From IMG/VR virus record IMGVR_UViG_3300000839_000006: a stretch of 64,000 nt of DNA; one strand, written 5' to 3'. Below, in pieces: positions 39,142 to 49,137 of the stretch. The first letter of the stretch is position 1; each line of letters begins with the position of its first letter. Under the pieces are notes generated by a model. That model searched no databases, was not told the origin of the DNA, and worked only from the letters and a program-made list of their open reading frames with translations. This stretch comes from a virus. A program made the translations under genes and the position numbers.

Positions 39142-42100
39142 TTACACCTCCATAACAGCTTTAAGCTTATTACCATCGAATCTGTAGCACTGGGTGCGAC
39201 CACGGTTAAGAACGGAAACGCCTTCACCAAGGGCAATCGACAGTTTGTTTTCTGATACAAGAATACCAGCATCTTTTAACTGGTTCATGGTATCGTTAAA
39301 TGACATCCCCTGCTTGACCAGCCACTTGCTAAAGTCACGTGCCGTCACATAGGTAGCCTTAGTATCCTCTTCTATACGAATAAGCAAGCTCTGGTCCGGA
39401 TACAGTTTTATATACGGGTCCATGTTCATGGGATTATTTAGACCCAAGTCTTTCTGCGCATGAGTACGCTTGGAAGATGTCACCATGAGAGTGCTTCTGC
39501 GTTTTTCATGCAGGTAATCTGTCAACAGACCGATACCAGAAGTCTTGGTCTCCCTGATAGTACTGCGGAGTTTCGGCAAGAATACAGCTTTGACCCAGTT
39601 GTATAGTACCGCCATGTCATACGGCAACAGTCCAAGCTTTACAGCCACTTCACCGCAGGCCAGTGCCGCACCCAAGCTGGCTGTCCAGAACCGCTCCGCA
39701 CTGTCTTTAAGCAAGTCCTTTGCAATAGCTTCAGCACGTAGCAGCAGTTCCGAAAGCTCTACAGGATTCTGCACCAGATAACGTATGAAAGCCGGACCAG
39801 CGTGTCCATAGTTAGAATCTCGTATTTTTATAATGTTACGGATGTAATCAGCCACATCAGTACCACCGTAGTTGGTAAAATCACATTCATACTCAGCAAC
39901 ACGGTATAATGTGGCATCACCCTGCCCTTTATCCTGACGAATTTTTGACCACACACCATCGTTAGTTGTGAAGAATGCAAAGGTATCCCATGTTCCGGGT
40001 ATACATACATCTGTACCAGAAGCTGTAGACTTGTTGCGTTCCTTACCATTGATGATGGTGTATACCATATCCATCAAGGACATACCGGGCATCTGTGTTA
40101 TCTCATCTATAACAAGTGGCATGTTATGACGTACTGAGAAGTACTGCGCCTGTGCAGAAGCTGAGTCGCCTCTTGTAAGCACCTGTCTACGAGGCAGACC
40201 CCACACACTGGCAACAGAAAAACCTAGTTCAGTCTTCCCCTTACCACCGTGGTCGTTGAATATGCTGAATGTGGCGTTAGTTTCTACACCAACACCAAAA
40301 TGCATGAGTGCCGAACCAAAGCTGGCGCACATCCATAACTGACCAATGTACTGGTTAAGGTGCATATACATAGCTGGAATGTGTTTCCAGTTTTCAAGTG
40401 TACCACTCTTTACATACACGTCCTGCATTTTCATAGCACGTTTGTCAAGGAACGCTTTGGTGTCACCCTGCGGAGTAATTAAAGTTTCTCCCCAAAGAAA
40501 ACATTGCTGAACAACTTCAGTACCATTATCTTCAGCCTTCCAACCGAACTCCTTACGGACAGTCATCTCCGTCATACGTGACTGAACAGCCGCAATATAT
40601 GTACTCATAAACTCCCTCAACTGTTTTTTATATTTCGGACGTATTGCAGCGCAGCGGTTGTTGGAGAACCACCTGTCCATAGCTATGTCACCAGAATCTT
40701 TTGTTATAGAAAATTCAACATCCTCACCCTGTGTATTGGGCAAGCGTTTACGTATCTTGTAGAAAGTTTGTATGTCGGATGGGTTCGACCTGTCTACACC
40801 CATGCTATGGACATAGAACTCTGTCTCACATATTAGAATATCCTGCGTGACATAGTGCTTTGTCTGTTCGTCCGGGTCAACGAGTTCCCCGGAAACAAGT
40901 GCCCGCTTGTGCCACACCACACCCTGCCCCGGTATGACTGAGTATTCTTTATCGTTGAAAGCATCCAGCGTCATAAGTGGACCAGCCACCGGAGCGGGTG
41001 TCGGCTGTGTGTGGTCTGCTGCCACTACAGGGGCAGTGAGCGTGACTTTTTGAGTTTCCCGATGAATCTCCCCTAAAACTATTGGAGAGCTTATCCTGCC
41101 AAATGAGGGGCAGTGCTGGCATATGCCGGGGTCCTTCTGGTTGAACGTGGTACAGAGGGCCGGACCATAGCCACCATCGACAGCCTGTTGATACTTCGCA
41201 TCCGTGTTGTACTCATCGTAACGGACTGTATCAAGCTGGCTGATTTTATGCACCATTTCCTTGCCACCGTTGCAGTGTTTCATAACCAGCATCATGTTAT
41301 ACCACTGAGTGTATGTACCAGTGCCGGATAATTGAATCTGCTTGCAGCCTTCTATGATTTTAAGTGGACGGCGTAGGTTGTTGGATTGCGTTAAATGTGC
41401 AGTCTGCTCTTCGAACTGCTTGCGTACATGCTCTGGCACTTCAACACCATTAAGTGTTGGAGATACAGACTGCTGTGCTACAGATTGCGAGGGCTGCACA
41501 TTGTTAGCTTTAATGGCAGCTACTAGCTTACCTACAATGTCAATGACAGGGAGGGGGGTGCCGACCTTCATTAGTTGAACAGGAGTGGCGGCCCCGTCCC
41601 TGCCATAGTTCATAGTAGTCGGTAACCGCAACACACTGGATGGGTCACATGTACGGCTGTGGTCTACAACGAAATTAAAATGCAGTGTCAAATCTTTAAG
41701 CATGGCTGCAACACGCCGCCATGTAGCAGTATCAAGTGTGTCTGTAAAGGACCAGTACAGATGTAGGCCAGAACCTGATGATACCACTGTCGGTATGGGT
41801 AGTCCTATACTGCGAGAGAATTTAATAGCGGCTTCCAATCCATTATACGCTGTGGCATAAGGACTGTTGTTCTTACCGCAGTCCACATCAAGCCATAAAG
41901 CCTTCTGCTGTACTGCGTTTGACTGCACACGGAATACAGATTTACCCTGTGCATTATGGTGAAAGCCTTGTTGGAATGCGGATAGTGCTATGTAGGTGTT
42001 GTGGCCTGCATTGGAGTTCTTAATGCAGTCACGAGCCATATCCACAAAACGGAGATGCGCAGAATCTTTCCAGACATTCCTATGAGTGACTGTACCATCA

Positions 42101-42249
42101 TCATTATAAAAGTCAGCTTGGGATATATTGCTTGTACCATAAAAGAACTCACCCTCTGGTAATATATGTTGTAGAAATGACACAAGTGCTTGCTCCACAC
42201 GTGTCATTGGAGGTTCGTTGAAGGTAACTTGGATAACTGGCTGACTCAT
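39142..42249 (-). CDS. primase-helicase (AEP/RepB-like primase plus DUF927-type ATPase)
   Basis: LWLDVD, SGSGLHLYW, RLP motifs. Walker A GGKGKT, Walker B PLVIDE. Confidence 0.85.
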   Translation of the reverse strand: MSQPVIQVTFNEPPMTRVEQALVSFLQHILPEGEFFYGTSNISQADFYNDDGTVTHRNVWKDSAHLRFVDMARDCIKNSNAGHNTYIALSAFQQGFHHNAQGKSVFRVQSNAVQQKALWLDVDCGKNNSPYATAYNGLEAAIKFSRSIGLPIPTVVSSGSGLHLYWSFTDTLDTATWRRVAAMLKDLTLHFNFVVDHSRTCDPSSVLRLPTTMNYGRDGAATPVQLMKVGTPLPVIDIVGKLVAAIKANNVQPSQSVAQQSVSPTLNGVEVPEHVRKQFEEQTAHLTQSNNLRRPLKIIEGCKQIQLSGTGTYTQWYNMMLVMKHCNGGKEMVHKISQLDTVRYDEYNTDAKYQQAVDGGYGPALCTTFNQKDPGICQHCPSFGRISSPIVLGEIHRETQKVTLTAPVVAADHTQPTPAPVAGPLMTLDAFNDKEYSVIPGQGVVWHKRALVSGELVDPDEQTKHYVTQDILICETEFYVHSMGVDRSNPSDIQTFYKIRKRLPNTQGEDVEFSITKDSGDIAMDRWFSNNRCAAIRPKYKKQLREFMSTYIAAVQSRMTEMTVRKEFGWKAEDNGTEVVQQCFLWGETLITPQGDTKAFLDKRAMKMQDVYVKSGTLENWKHIPAMYMHLNQYIGQLWMCASFGSALMHFGVGVETNATFSIFNDHGGKGKTELGFSVASVWGLPRRQVLTRGDSASAQAQYFSVRHNMPLVIDEITQMPGMSLMDMVYTIINGKERNKSTASGTDVCIPGTWDTFAFFTTNDGVWSKIRQDKGQGDATLYRVAEYECDFTNYGGTDVADYIRNIIKIRDSNYGHAGPAFIRYLVQNPVELSELLLRAEAIAKDLLKDSAERFWTASLGAALACGEVAVKLGLLPYDMAVLYNWVKAVFLPKLRSTIRETKTSGIGLLTDYLHEKRRSTLMVTSSKRTHAQKDLGLNNPMNMDPYIKLYPDQSLLIRIEEDTKATYVTARDFSKWLVKQGMSFNDTMNQLKDAGILVSENKLSIALGEGVSVLNRGRTQCYRFDGNKLKAVMEV

Positions 42250-42260
42250 AACTGGCCCTA

Positions 42261-42518
42261 CTATTTTTTTGTAACTTCTAGCAATCCCAACCACACTAGG
42301 TCTTCTTGGGGTAGAGGAAGTTTACCACTATCAATGTAGTGTTGTATGGTGCGTTTCAACTCTTCGAGTTGTTCCACCCTACTTTGTGGTATAGTCTCTA
42401 CCCCAGTAGCCCAACTGTGCATTATCGCCCGTGAGACACCCAGTATCTTACGGGCGATAATACCGTATGGGATGCCAGCTTGTTTTGCCAATTGCAAAAC
42501 TTCTGACATTGAGTTCAT
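42261..42518 (-). CDS. small Cro-like HTH protein
   Basis: IARKILGVSRAIMHSW HTH pattern. Confidence 0.55.
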   Translation of the reverse strand: MNSMSEVLQLAKQAGIPYGIIARKILGVSRAIMHSWATGVETIPQSRVEQLEELKRTIQHYIDSGKLPLPQEDLVWLGLLEVTKK

Positions 42519-42527
42519 ACGAAGCTC

Positions 42528-43688
42528 CTAGTAGGCACCAGCCGCAGCAAGAAGGTCAGCCATAGCACCGCCTACCGAAGCGGCTGTAACGCCAGCCTGA
42601 GGCGCAGGAGCGGCAGGAGCAACCAGTGTGGCGTTGGCTGCTGCGGAAGCAGCCTGTGCTGCCGCCAGCAAACCGGGGTCAACGCCCGGAGTGGCTGTCG
42701 GCAAAGGAGTCCCAGTCGAGGGGACTGTTGTCGGAGGCGCGACAGGGGCTATCGGAGCTTGAGGAGCAACAGGTGCTGTCGGGGCTGCGGGGGAGACCAT
42801 CTGTGCAGGCTGTTGGGTCAAAACGGTAGCCTGTACAGGTTGCGTCTGCGCAGGCGCAACGCCCTGTACCGGGGCAGGTGTAGTAGTGGCTACATATGAA
42901 GCGGCGGCTTCCGTTGGTGTAGTAACATTTCCAGTCCATGTTCCTCTCTCCTTAATACGTGCCATATCCTGTACTTCAGGCAGACTCATAGCATGGTATA
43001 CACCGGGCAACCAGTCAGGCCCAAGCAGTTGAACCACACCATCCTGCATGAATGGACGGAACTGCAAAGACGGTACAGATTCACGTGCGTCAAATATAAG
43101 CTGTGTTACAAACTGACAGGGCGCAAGACGATTCGACTTGCAGAAACGTACAAGGCCGGACAAAGAGAAGGCACTCAATGCAGGCTGCGCTTCACCGAAC
43201 AAGGACTTGGCACCAATGTCAAGTACCCACGGACGTTCAAGGTCAAGATACGGCTGACCTGTTTGCGCATTGGTGACAATAGCGGCGACAACAAGACGCT
43301 GCCGGAAGTTGTAGTGGTAACTACCATCGGGTTTTTTCTCACGAATGTGCGCCGGGACTTCATTGGGGAAACCGCTCTTGGCGTACCATACCGCATCAGG
43401 CTGTACGTTATCAGCGTTGGGGTTGTAACCCTTGCTGTACCAGTCATGGTGTTGACCGTAACCCATGTGCAGGATGACGCATTCAAGTGTGGTCTTTGGA
43501 TGGATGGTAACGTTTCCGCCTTCCTTGAAGTTGAAACGATTACCCTTGAGACTGATGTTACGGAACGCACCGCCAAAGTCTTCATCTGCGGCACCGAATG
43601 CCTGTGCGAGTGCTGCTGCGTATTCCTGCGGAATTGCGAGTGCAAGATTCTGTACAAAAGTAGGTACTGCTGGAAGATTCTGAGACAT
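42528..43688 (-). CDS. putative ssDNA-binding/annealing protein with Pro/Ala-rich tail
   Basis: FRNISLKGNRF start and position between helicase and primase, as in APSE-like replication modules. Confidence 0.45.
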   Translation of the reverse strand: MSQNLPAVPTFVQNLALAIPQEYAAALAQAFGAADEDFGGAFRNISLKGNRFNFKEGGNVTIHPKTTLECVILHMGYGQHHDWYSKGYNPNADNVQPDAVWYAKSGFPNEVPAHIREKKPDGSYHYNFRQRLVVAAIVTNAQTGQPYLDLERPWVLDIGAKSLFGEAQPALSAFSLSGLVRFCKSNRLAPCQFVTQLIFDARESVPSLQFRPFMQDGVVQLLGPDWLPGVYHAMSLPEVQDMARIKERGTWTGNVTTPTEAAASYVATTTPAPVQGVAPAQTQPVQATVLTQQPAQMVSPAAPTAPVAPQAPIAPVAPPTTVPSTGTPLPTATPGVDPGLLAAAQAASAAANATLVAPAAPAPQAGVTAASVGGAMADLLAAAGAY

Positions 43689-43698
43689 AGTGTCCTCC

Positions 43699-44172
43699 CT
43701 AGGACTTTTTAAAGGTTAAATCGACATTTTCAACCGCTTCCATACCAAGCTGGTTCGCAACTGCATTGAAGTCTTCCAGCTTAATGTCTGTGTCTGCACT
43801 CACATTGAGTACTTCACGGACCAGTGTGTCAATCTCCGACTGCTTTGCTGTCTTTTGAAACAGTAGACAATCGGACAGCGGCAGTCCATTGGTCATGGCA
43901 TCGGTCATCTTACCCCACATAATCTTGCAGGCAAGTTCGGCATCACGCAGTTGGATACGCCGCTTTGTGGTTTTAGACGCTGTTCCCGCTGTAGAACGTG
44001 CGCCTGTTTGATTGGTTGCATCAAGGAAGGTAATGATTTCTGCCTTGAGATTGGCCTCAGGTCCCTCTGAAATCTTTTTTGCAAGAGCCTCAAGCTCAAG
44101 CCGTTGTGCGCGAATCTTGCGCCATTCCTCTATCTTTGCCGCCACATCAAATCCCTGTATCGTTGCAGACAT
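43699..44172 (-). CDS. conserved replication-module hypothetical protein
   Basis: GGAGG RBS, ..GARSTAGTA.K motif. Confidence 0.5.
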   Translation of the reverse strand: MSATIQGFDVAAKIEEWRKIRAQRLELEALAKKISEGPEANLKAEIITFLDATNQTGARSTAGTASKTTKRRIQLRDAELACKIMWGKMTDAMTNGLPLSDCLLFQKTAKQSEIDTLVREVLNVSADTDIKLEDFNAVANQLGMEAVENVDLTFKKS

Positions 44173-44227
44173 GTTTACCTCCATGTTGATTATACGTATA
44201 TGCTACTTTAAATATTTTGTCAAGTAA

Positions 44228-45859
44228 TTATTTCTTGGTAATCGTGGCAAATAATCTGTTTGTCACTTCACTAAATTTAGCCCCACTTTCCAGACCCTTA
44301 AAACATTCGCGCTCTTCTTTTGTCGCTGACAGGAACACGATGGAAATCTGCGCGGCCTTCTGCTTGAGGCTGGACAGCCGTTCAAGAGCCTGCTCAAACA
44401 CGAACCCGCCAGAACGTGGTGGTCCGTAGAAAATCATGGTGTCAGCAGCGGCAAGCTCTACCCCGAAGGCGGTTGTCTGCGGGTGGCAGACCACTATATG
44501 CGGGTCCGGCCTTTCTTGGAAAGCGGAAAATATCCGGTCCCGTTTTTTCCCGGTAACATCTCCATCCACTGCATCAACTGTGTATCCAGAAAAACGTAAC
44601 TGTCGGACAAGCCTGTGCAAGACAGCTTTGAATGCGGTGAAGATTACAACTTTTTGTTCAGCCTCTTTAATTACCTCAAGCAGCGTGTTGAACCTATGCT
44701 TGTCATCAAGCTCAACTATTGTACCGTCACCTTTAAGGACACACCCTTGCGAAATTTGCAGCAGCTTTCCTATAAGACTCGCCTTGTGTACAGCTTCAAC
44801 CATCTCACCACTGTCAGCAATCATAATCATCTCAGCTAACATCTGCTCGTATGACTTCTGTTGCTCCGCAGTCATATCAGCATCACGATTCGATGTTACT
44901 ACAGGAGGAAGGTCCATAATATCCTGCTTCTCGAAGCGTATAGTGGGTTGCATGGCTTTATGTATAATCTCACCAGCGTTATCACGGTCACGCCACATCC
45001 ACGATTCTCTACCATAACGCCATTGCACCAAGTCTTTCCATGTTCCAAGATGTTTATATGGCATATTGATAGGGTTAATGAGCTTTACAAAACCAAAGAT
45101 AGCTAGTGTGTCTCCGGCAGGGGAACCAGTTAAACCTATTACATGCTCAACTTCTACCTTGCCATTCACCACTTTATTCAGAGCCTGCCACCGCTGACTC
45201 TTATGGTTACCGTAGTGTGTCAATTCATCCACAACAACTATCTTTATCTTTCCAGATTCTACTAGACTATAAAGTTCATCTGCCAACATTTTCACACCGT
45301 CATAGTTTATGATATAATAGTCAGCGTGTAGTTTAAGACGGCGTAATCTTTCATCACGTGTGCCGTGCAGCACTGCTACACTTTTATTTGGTGTAGTTTC
45401 ACGAATTGTCTTCTCCCATACACCAGTAAGGTTAGATACTGTAGCCACAATAAGGACGGATGTTGGCATGTGTGCCTGTAAAAAATCTGTTGCCATAGTA
45501 ACAGACCCTGTTTTACCCGTCCTCATTGTGCTTGTGTTAAAACACCGCTTGTGACTGGACATAAACGCTGCCGATGTAACCTGATGCGCCATTGCTTTGT
45601 ACTTACCTTCAATCAATGGAGGATGATACTTGAAATAGAACGGCTCCATTCCTCTGGTTGGTAGTCCCTGATTACGTAAGAACTGTAGCGTATCCTCATG
45701 GATTGGGAGAACTACCAAGGTGCCGTCTTCATAAGGCTGTGTGAATACTTTTGGAAGTATACCAACAATCTTGTTAAGCTTTGCCTTATCTTTTATGTTG
45801 AGAATATAATTATTATTCTCTTGGTCTATGAGTACACCAGTACCGGGGACTACCAACAT
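44228..45859 (-). CDS. SNF2-family (SF2) helicase
   Basis: MRTGKT, VVDELTH, LTGSP, FGVELAAAD motifs. Confidence 0.88.
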   Translation of the reverse strand: MLVVPGTGVLIDQENNNYILNIKDKAKLNKIVGILPKVFTQPYEDGTLVVLPIHEDTLQFLRNQGLPTRGMEPFYFKYHPPLIEGKYKAMAHQVTSAAFMSSHKRCFNTSTMRTGKTGSVTMATDFLQAHMPTSVLIVATVSNLTGVWEKTIRETTPNKSVAVLHGTRDERLRRLKLHADYYIINYDGVKMLADELYSLVESGKIKIVVVDELTHYGNHKSQRWQALNKVVNGKVEVEHVIGLTGSPAGDTLAIFGFVKLINPINMPYKHLGTWKDLVQWRYGRESWMWRDRDNAGEIIHKAMQPTIRFEKQDIMDLPPVVTSNRDADMTAEQQKSYEQMLAEMIMIADSGEMVEAVHKASLIGKLLQISQGCVLKGDGTIVELDDKHRFNTLLEVIKEAEQKVVIFTAFKAVLHRLVRQLRFSGYTVDAVDGDVTGKKRDRIFSAFQERPDPHIVVCHPQTTAFGVELAAADTMIFYGPPRSGGFVFEQALERLSSLKQKAAQISIVFLSATKEERECFKGLESGAKFSEVTNRLFATITKK

Positions 45860-45861
45860 TT

Positions 45862-46068
45862 TTAATCTTCCTCTGTGTAAGTCATATAACTGTGGTCGAA
45901 CTCACGCTTCTCGCCGCAATTTGTGCAGGTGAATGCGCCTACTTTATACAGGCCGGGATGTTCATCACCATCGGGGGCGGGTTGTGGTACCCAGTCTTGT
46001 ACACCACCACAGGTGTTACATTTAAGTACGACACTACCATTACTGATGAATAGAGTCACTTGCATCAT
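45862..46068 (-). CDS. small zinc-ribbon protein
   Basis: CNTC and CTNC pairs, AAGGAG RBS. Confidence 0.55.
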   Translation of the reverse strand: MMQVTLFISNGSVVLKCNTCGGVQDWVPQPAPDGDEHPGLYKVGAFTCTNCGEKREFDHSYMTYTEED

Positions 46069-46348
46069 CCTGCTCCTTGTGTTTACGCATAATTCTGTCG
46101 CGCAATCGTATCAACTTACGTTCTATAGCGTTGTCAATATGCAGGTCACCAAATATAACACGCATCTGTTCAATCATTATGGATACATCTGCAAGTTCTT
46201 CAAACAGCAGTGGCAACTGAGTACTGTAATCCCTACGCCGAAGGTGTGACACAGCTACTATAAGTTCTGCACACTCTTCCTGTAGTAATGACATCTGTAG
46301 TTCTACACCATACAACTCAACAGCTTGTTTGCATAGTTCTCTATTCAT
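46040..46348 (-). CDS. MazG-like nucleotide pyrophosphohydrolase
   Basis: EECAEL...EELADVSIM motif. Confidence 0.75.
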   Translation of the reverse strand: MNRELCKQAVELYGVELQMSLLQEECAELIVAVSHLRRRDYSTQLPLLFEELADVSIMIEQMRVIFGDLHIDNAIERKLIRLRDRIMRKHKEQDDASDSIHQ

Positions 46349-46359
46349 CAGACACCTCC

Positions 46360-46551
46360 CTAAAAGTAGTCATCAGGATTTCTCTTTATATGAACACGAT
46401 GTATTTCACTATATGGGATGAAGTGATTTTCATCATGTTCGCCAATAATCCTATAGTATACCCCACCGGGAAAGTATTGTACCTCGGATAAATCATCCCA
46501 CTCAGTTTCATCCTCATTAGTCCATTCAATCCGCATCGTATAACTAATCAT
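46360..46551 (-). CDS. small hypothetical protein
   Basis: Coupled to neighbouring genes. Confidence 0.5.
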   Translation of the reverse strand: MISYTMRIEWTNEDETEWDDLSEVQYFPGGVYYRIIGEHDENHFIPYSEIHRVHIKRNPDDYF

Positions 46552-47179
46552 TAGGCACCTCCGGTCTGTTACGCATTACATTTCTAAGGAATATAGCCTC
46601 TGCCAGAGCATCTTGCAGGGCGTGATGCTTCACCACAGGCTTAACTTTAAGGTCTGACACGTCACCAGCATGTCGAAGGAACTCCTCGCCTACTAGTCCA
46701 AGTGTGCGAATGGAGTGGTTGTTCCAAACCTTCCACGGAACTTCAAACTTGTACTGTTGATATGCATGGGCGAGAAGTCTGTTGTCAAACTCAGGCCCAT
46801 TACCCCACAACTTAACACCCTCTGGCAACCAACAGGCGAAATCAGTAAAAACTTTCACAACGAAGCACCCGGTTTCAAAAGCTAACCCATCCCACGCTTC
46901 AATAGGTTGTTGCTGCCACCATTCCAGCGTTGACTTATCAATGGAGCGACCAAATGTAGCTGACCTAAAATCAATAGCCCTGTAAAATCCACCAACTATC
47001 TGATAGTCTTTGTCAAGACCAACTGCACCTAGAGATATGATAGCTGCATCTTCTGCAAGACCAAGTGTTTCAAGGTCAAGGACTACATGCACAACACCAG
47101 CATTTGACCCATCGTAATCTTTATTCGATGTATGTTCAGCCAGTATTTTTTCTATAGGACTCATTAGCAAACTATTCAT
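46544..47179 (-). CDS. DEDDh 3'-5' exo(ribo)nuclease
   Basis: VVLDLETLG, WGNGPEFD, HHALQDA motifs. Confidence 0.85.
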   Translation of the reverse strand: MNSLLMSPIEKILAEHTSNKDYDGSNAGVVHVVLDLETLGLAEDAAIISLGAVGLDKDYQIVGGFYRAIDFRSATFGRSIDKSTLEWWQQQPIEAWDGLAFETGCFVVKVFTDFACWLPEGVKLWGNGPEFDNRLLAHAYQQYKFEVPWKVWNNHSIRTLGLVGEEFLRHAGDVSDLKVKPVVKHHALQDALAEAIFLRNVMRNRPEVPND

Positions 47180-47819
47180 GGGATTCTCCCGTATACAGGT
47201 CTTCAAAGAAAACTATGTGGTCAACGTAATATTGCAGTTCATACATAAACAATCCCATCAAGTGTCTCATATCCGGGTGGGCCGCAGGACTGGTACGCAG
47301 GGCGATAATGTGTCTCCACTCACGCAGGTTTGCGGAGACATTTATCTCGGTCTTGAGGCTGTTAGGCAGTACTGACCTAGCAATCTGCGGAGAACAACCA
47401 GCTTTAAGCATAGCATTATATGTTTCTTCTGCATCTGTTACTGAACCGTACCATAATTCATACGGTGTAAAACCATCATCGTTTACACTAGAGTTCTCAA
47501 CCACCATTGTGAACGGCTTTATGAACTCCATATCCTTACCGCTATAGTTGCAGTACCTTGTGCTTTCCTGTGCGAAAGAGCATAAGCGGTGCCGCACCAG
47601 TTCATGGGACACACCACGGTCAGTAGTGAACCGCGCTGTGATACTGGCGAACTCAAGCATGGCATGATGCCCACTACTTATTAGACGCTTCACCAGTTCA
47701 TAGTCTGCTTTATCGGTCTTCGCCTCAGACTGGTAGCATGTCCGTGCAGCGGTGGCTACTACATCAACCGGGTTTGGTGTTGCGAAAAGTATTTCGCATC
47801 TTGGTTCAACTATCTTCAT
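47172..47819 (-). CDS. thyX: flavin-dependent thymidylate synthase
   Basis: RHRLCSFAQESTRY matches the ThyX signature RHRxxSxxxxSxR. Confidence 0.93.
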   Translation of the reverse strand: MKIVEPRCEILFATPNPVDVVATAARTCYQSEAKTDKADYELVKRLISSGHHAMLEFASITARFTTDRGVSHELVRHRLCSFAQESTRYCNYSGKDMEFIKPFTMVVENSSVNDDGFTPYELWYGSVTDAEETYNAMLKAGCSPQIARSVLPNSLKTEINVSANLREWRHIIALRTSPAAHPDMRHLMGLFMYELQYYVDHIVFFEDLYTGESHE

Positions 47820-47991
47820 CAGTCATCTCCTTTATATCAATCTGATACACATTACACAACGGAATTAGTACAGTTGTACCGTCACACAATTGAATATTAA
47901 ACACACCATGCTCAGTGATATGTCCATGCATAGTCCTATACCATGCTACCTCATTGTCTGTGAATGTTACCGCTACTCTTTTCATACTCAA
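47806..47991 (-). CDS. small hypothetical protein
   Basis: AGGAG RBS. Confidence 0.45.
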   Translation of the reverse strand: MSMKRVAVTFTDNEVAWYRTMHGHITEHGVFNIQLCDGTTVLIPLCNVYQIDIKEMTDEDS

Positions 47992-48154
47992 ACTCCTGTA
48001 CTGTTATATTAACAGCTTCCGAAATGTTTATATAAAACTTTACTGTAGAACCAACCACCCTGTACCACAGCCAATTTCCCTGTACCTCATACACACTTGC
48101 GTGTAGGTTATAGCAGTTAGCTGCTTTAGGCGAGTAAATCATTATGTTAAACAT
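47951..48154 (-). CDS. small hypothetical protein
   Basis: TAATG coupling to the VRR-NUC gene. Confidence 0.4.
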   Translation of the reverse strand: MFNIMIYSPKAANCYNLHASVYEVQGNWLWYRVVGSTVKFYINISEAVNITVQEFEYEKSSGNIHRQ

Positions 48155-48579
48155 TAATCTACCGCGCCTTTCAAATAATCTCTTGTACTCATTACCCACC
48201 CACAGTGTGAACGGTGTGCTATATTTGCAATGGCATCCAGTGGCGTATTCAAGGATACTTCCCGGCGAATGCGGCGCAGAACACCTTCAAGTGCATATAT
48301 ATTATTCTTATCCACTACCAACGTTATACCACCAGACTCACGACACTCCTGCATCCTCTGCACCTGTTGCGCGGTAGGTAGAGTCTTTCTGGCAGTCTTC
48401 GAGAATCGCCAATCCATCTCGGCTTTATACTCGATGTGGATAAACACACCTTCAAGACACACAGTGTCATCAGGTATACCCCTGTTACCAAAGCCACCCT
48501 GATTTACAGGGAAGAAGTAACACCCCATATCTTTGCAAACGGCTCTGCCTTTCGCTTTAACTTTTCCTTCGGGTGTCAT
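48154..48579 (-). CDS. VRR-NUC domain nuclease (Holliday junction resolvase-like)
   Basis: MTPEGKVK...GIPDD...IEYKA...PTAQQ motifs. Confidence 0.82.
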   Translation of the reverse strand: MTPEGKVKAKGRAVCKDMGCYFFPVNQGGFGNRGIPDDTVCLEGVFIHIEYKAEMDWRFSKTARKTLPTAQQVQRMQECRESGGITLVVDKNNIYALEGVLRRIRREVSLNTPLDAIANIAHRSHCGWVMSTRDYLKGAVD

Positions 48580-49133
48580 AATCGACTCCTATAAACATCT
48601 ATACCATGTTTAAAATCCTCTCTACCACGTAGCCAGTTAAGGCATTTATGCACGACCATACCCATTGTAGCACCTGTCAGATTATATCTAGACCCCAAAT
48701 CCCACAATGGTGTGTTATTGAATATATGTGATATAAATATATCCACATCACGTTGTCTGAATCTGCTAGTCAGTAATGATTTTATTTCATTTATAAATAA
48801 CTGGTCTTCCGCATACGTAGCACTACTAACAGTCTCTGACCACGTTTCCCACATTATAGATTCAAGTTGAAACTTAGCTTCTTCATGGGAAAAAGTACAG
48901 GCATACCGAGGGAACAGTTCAGCTACAGTCACATTAAAATACTTGCACAATTTATCAGCACATGATTTTAATTTACCACGTTCTGTATATGGGCTTTCAA
49001 TACCGACAGCTAGATACGTAATCTGCATATTACTAGAACCTATACGTCTTGCAAGTTCCGTAGTATTTAAGCCGTGAAGCCTGCGGTATTCCAGAATGTA
49101 ACTCTCCTGTTCCACTCCCTCATAGTATGCCAT
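48576..49133 (-). CDS. XRE-type HTH fused to a sigma70 region-4-like HTH
   Basis: GLNTTELARRIG at the N-terminus; TPLWDLGSRYNLT...KCLNWLR at the C-terminus. Confidence 0.55.
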   Translation of the reverse strand: MAYYEGVEQESYILEYRRLHGLNTTELARRIGSSNMQITYLAVGIESPYTERGKLKSCADKLCKYFNVTVAELFPRYACTFSHEEAKFQLESIMWETWSETVSSATYAEDQLFINEIKSLLTSRFRQRDVDIFISHIFNNTPLWDLGSRYNLTGATMGMVVHKCLNWLRGREDFKHGIDVYRSRL

Positions 49134-49137
49134 CGTA

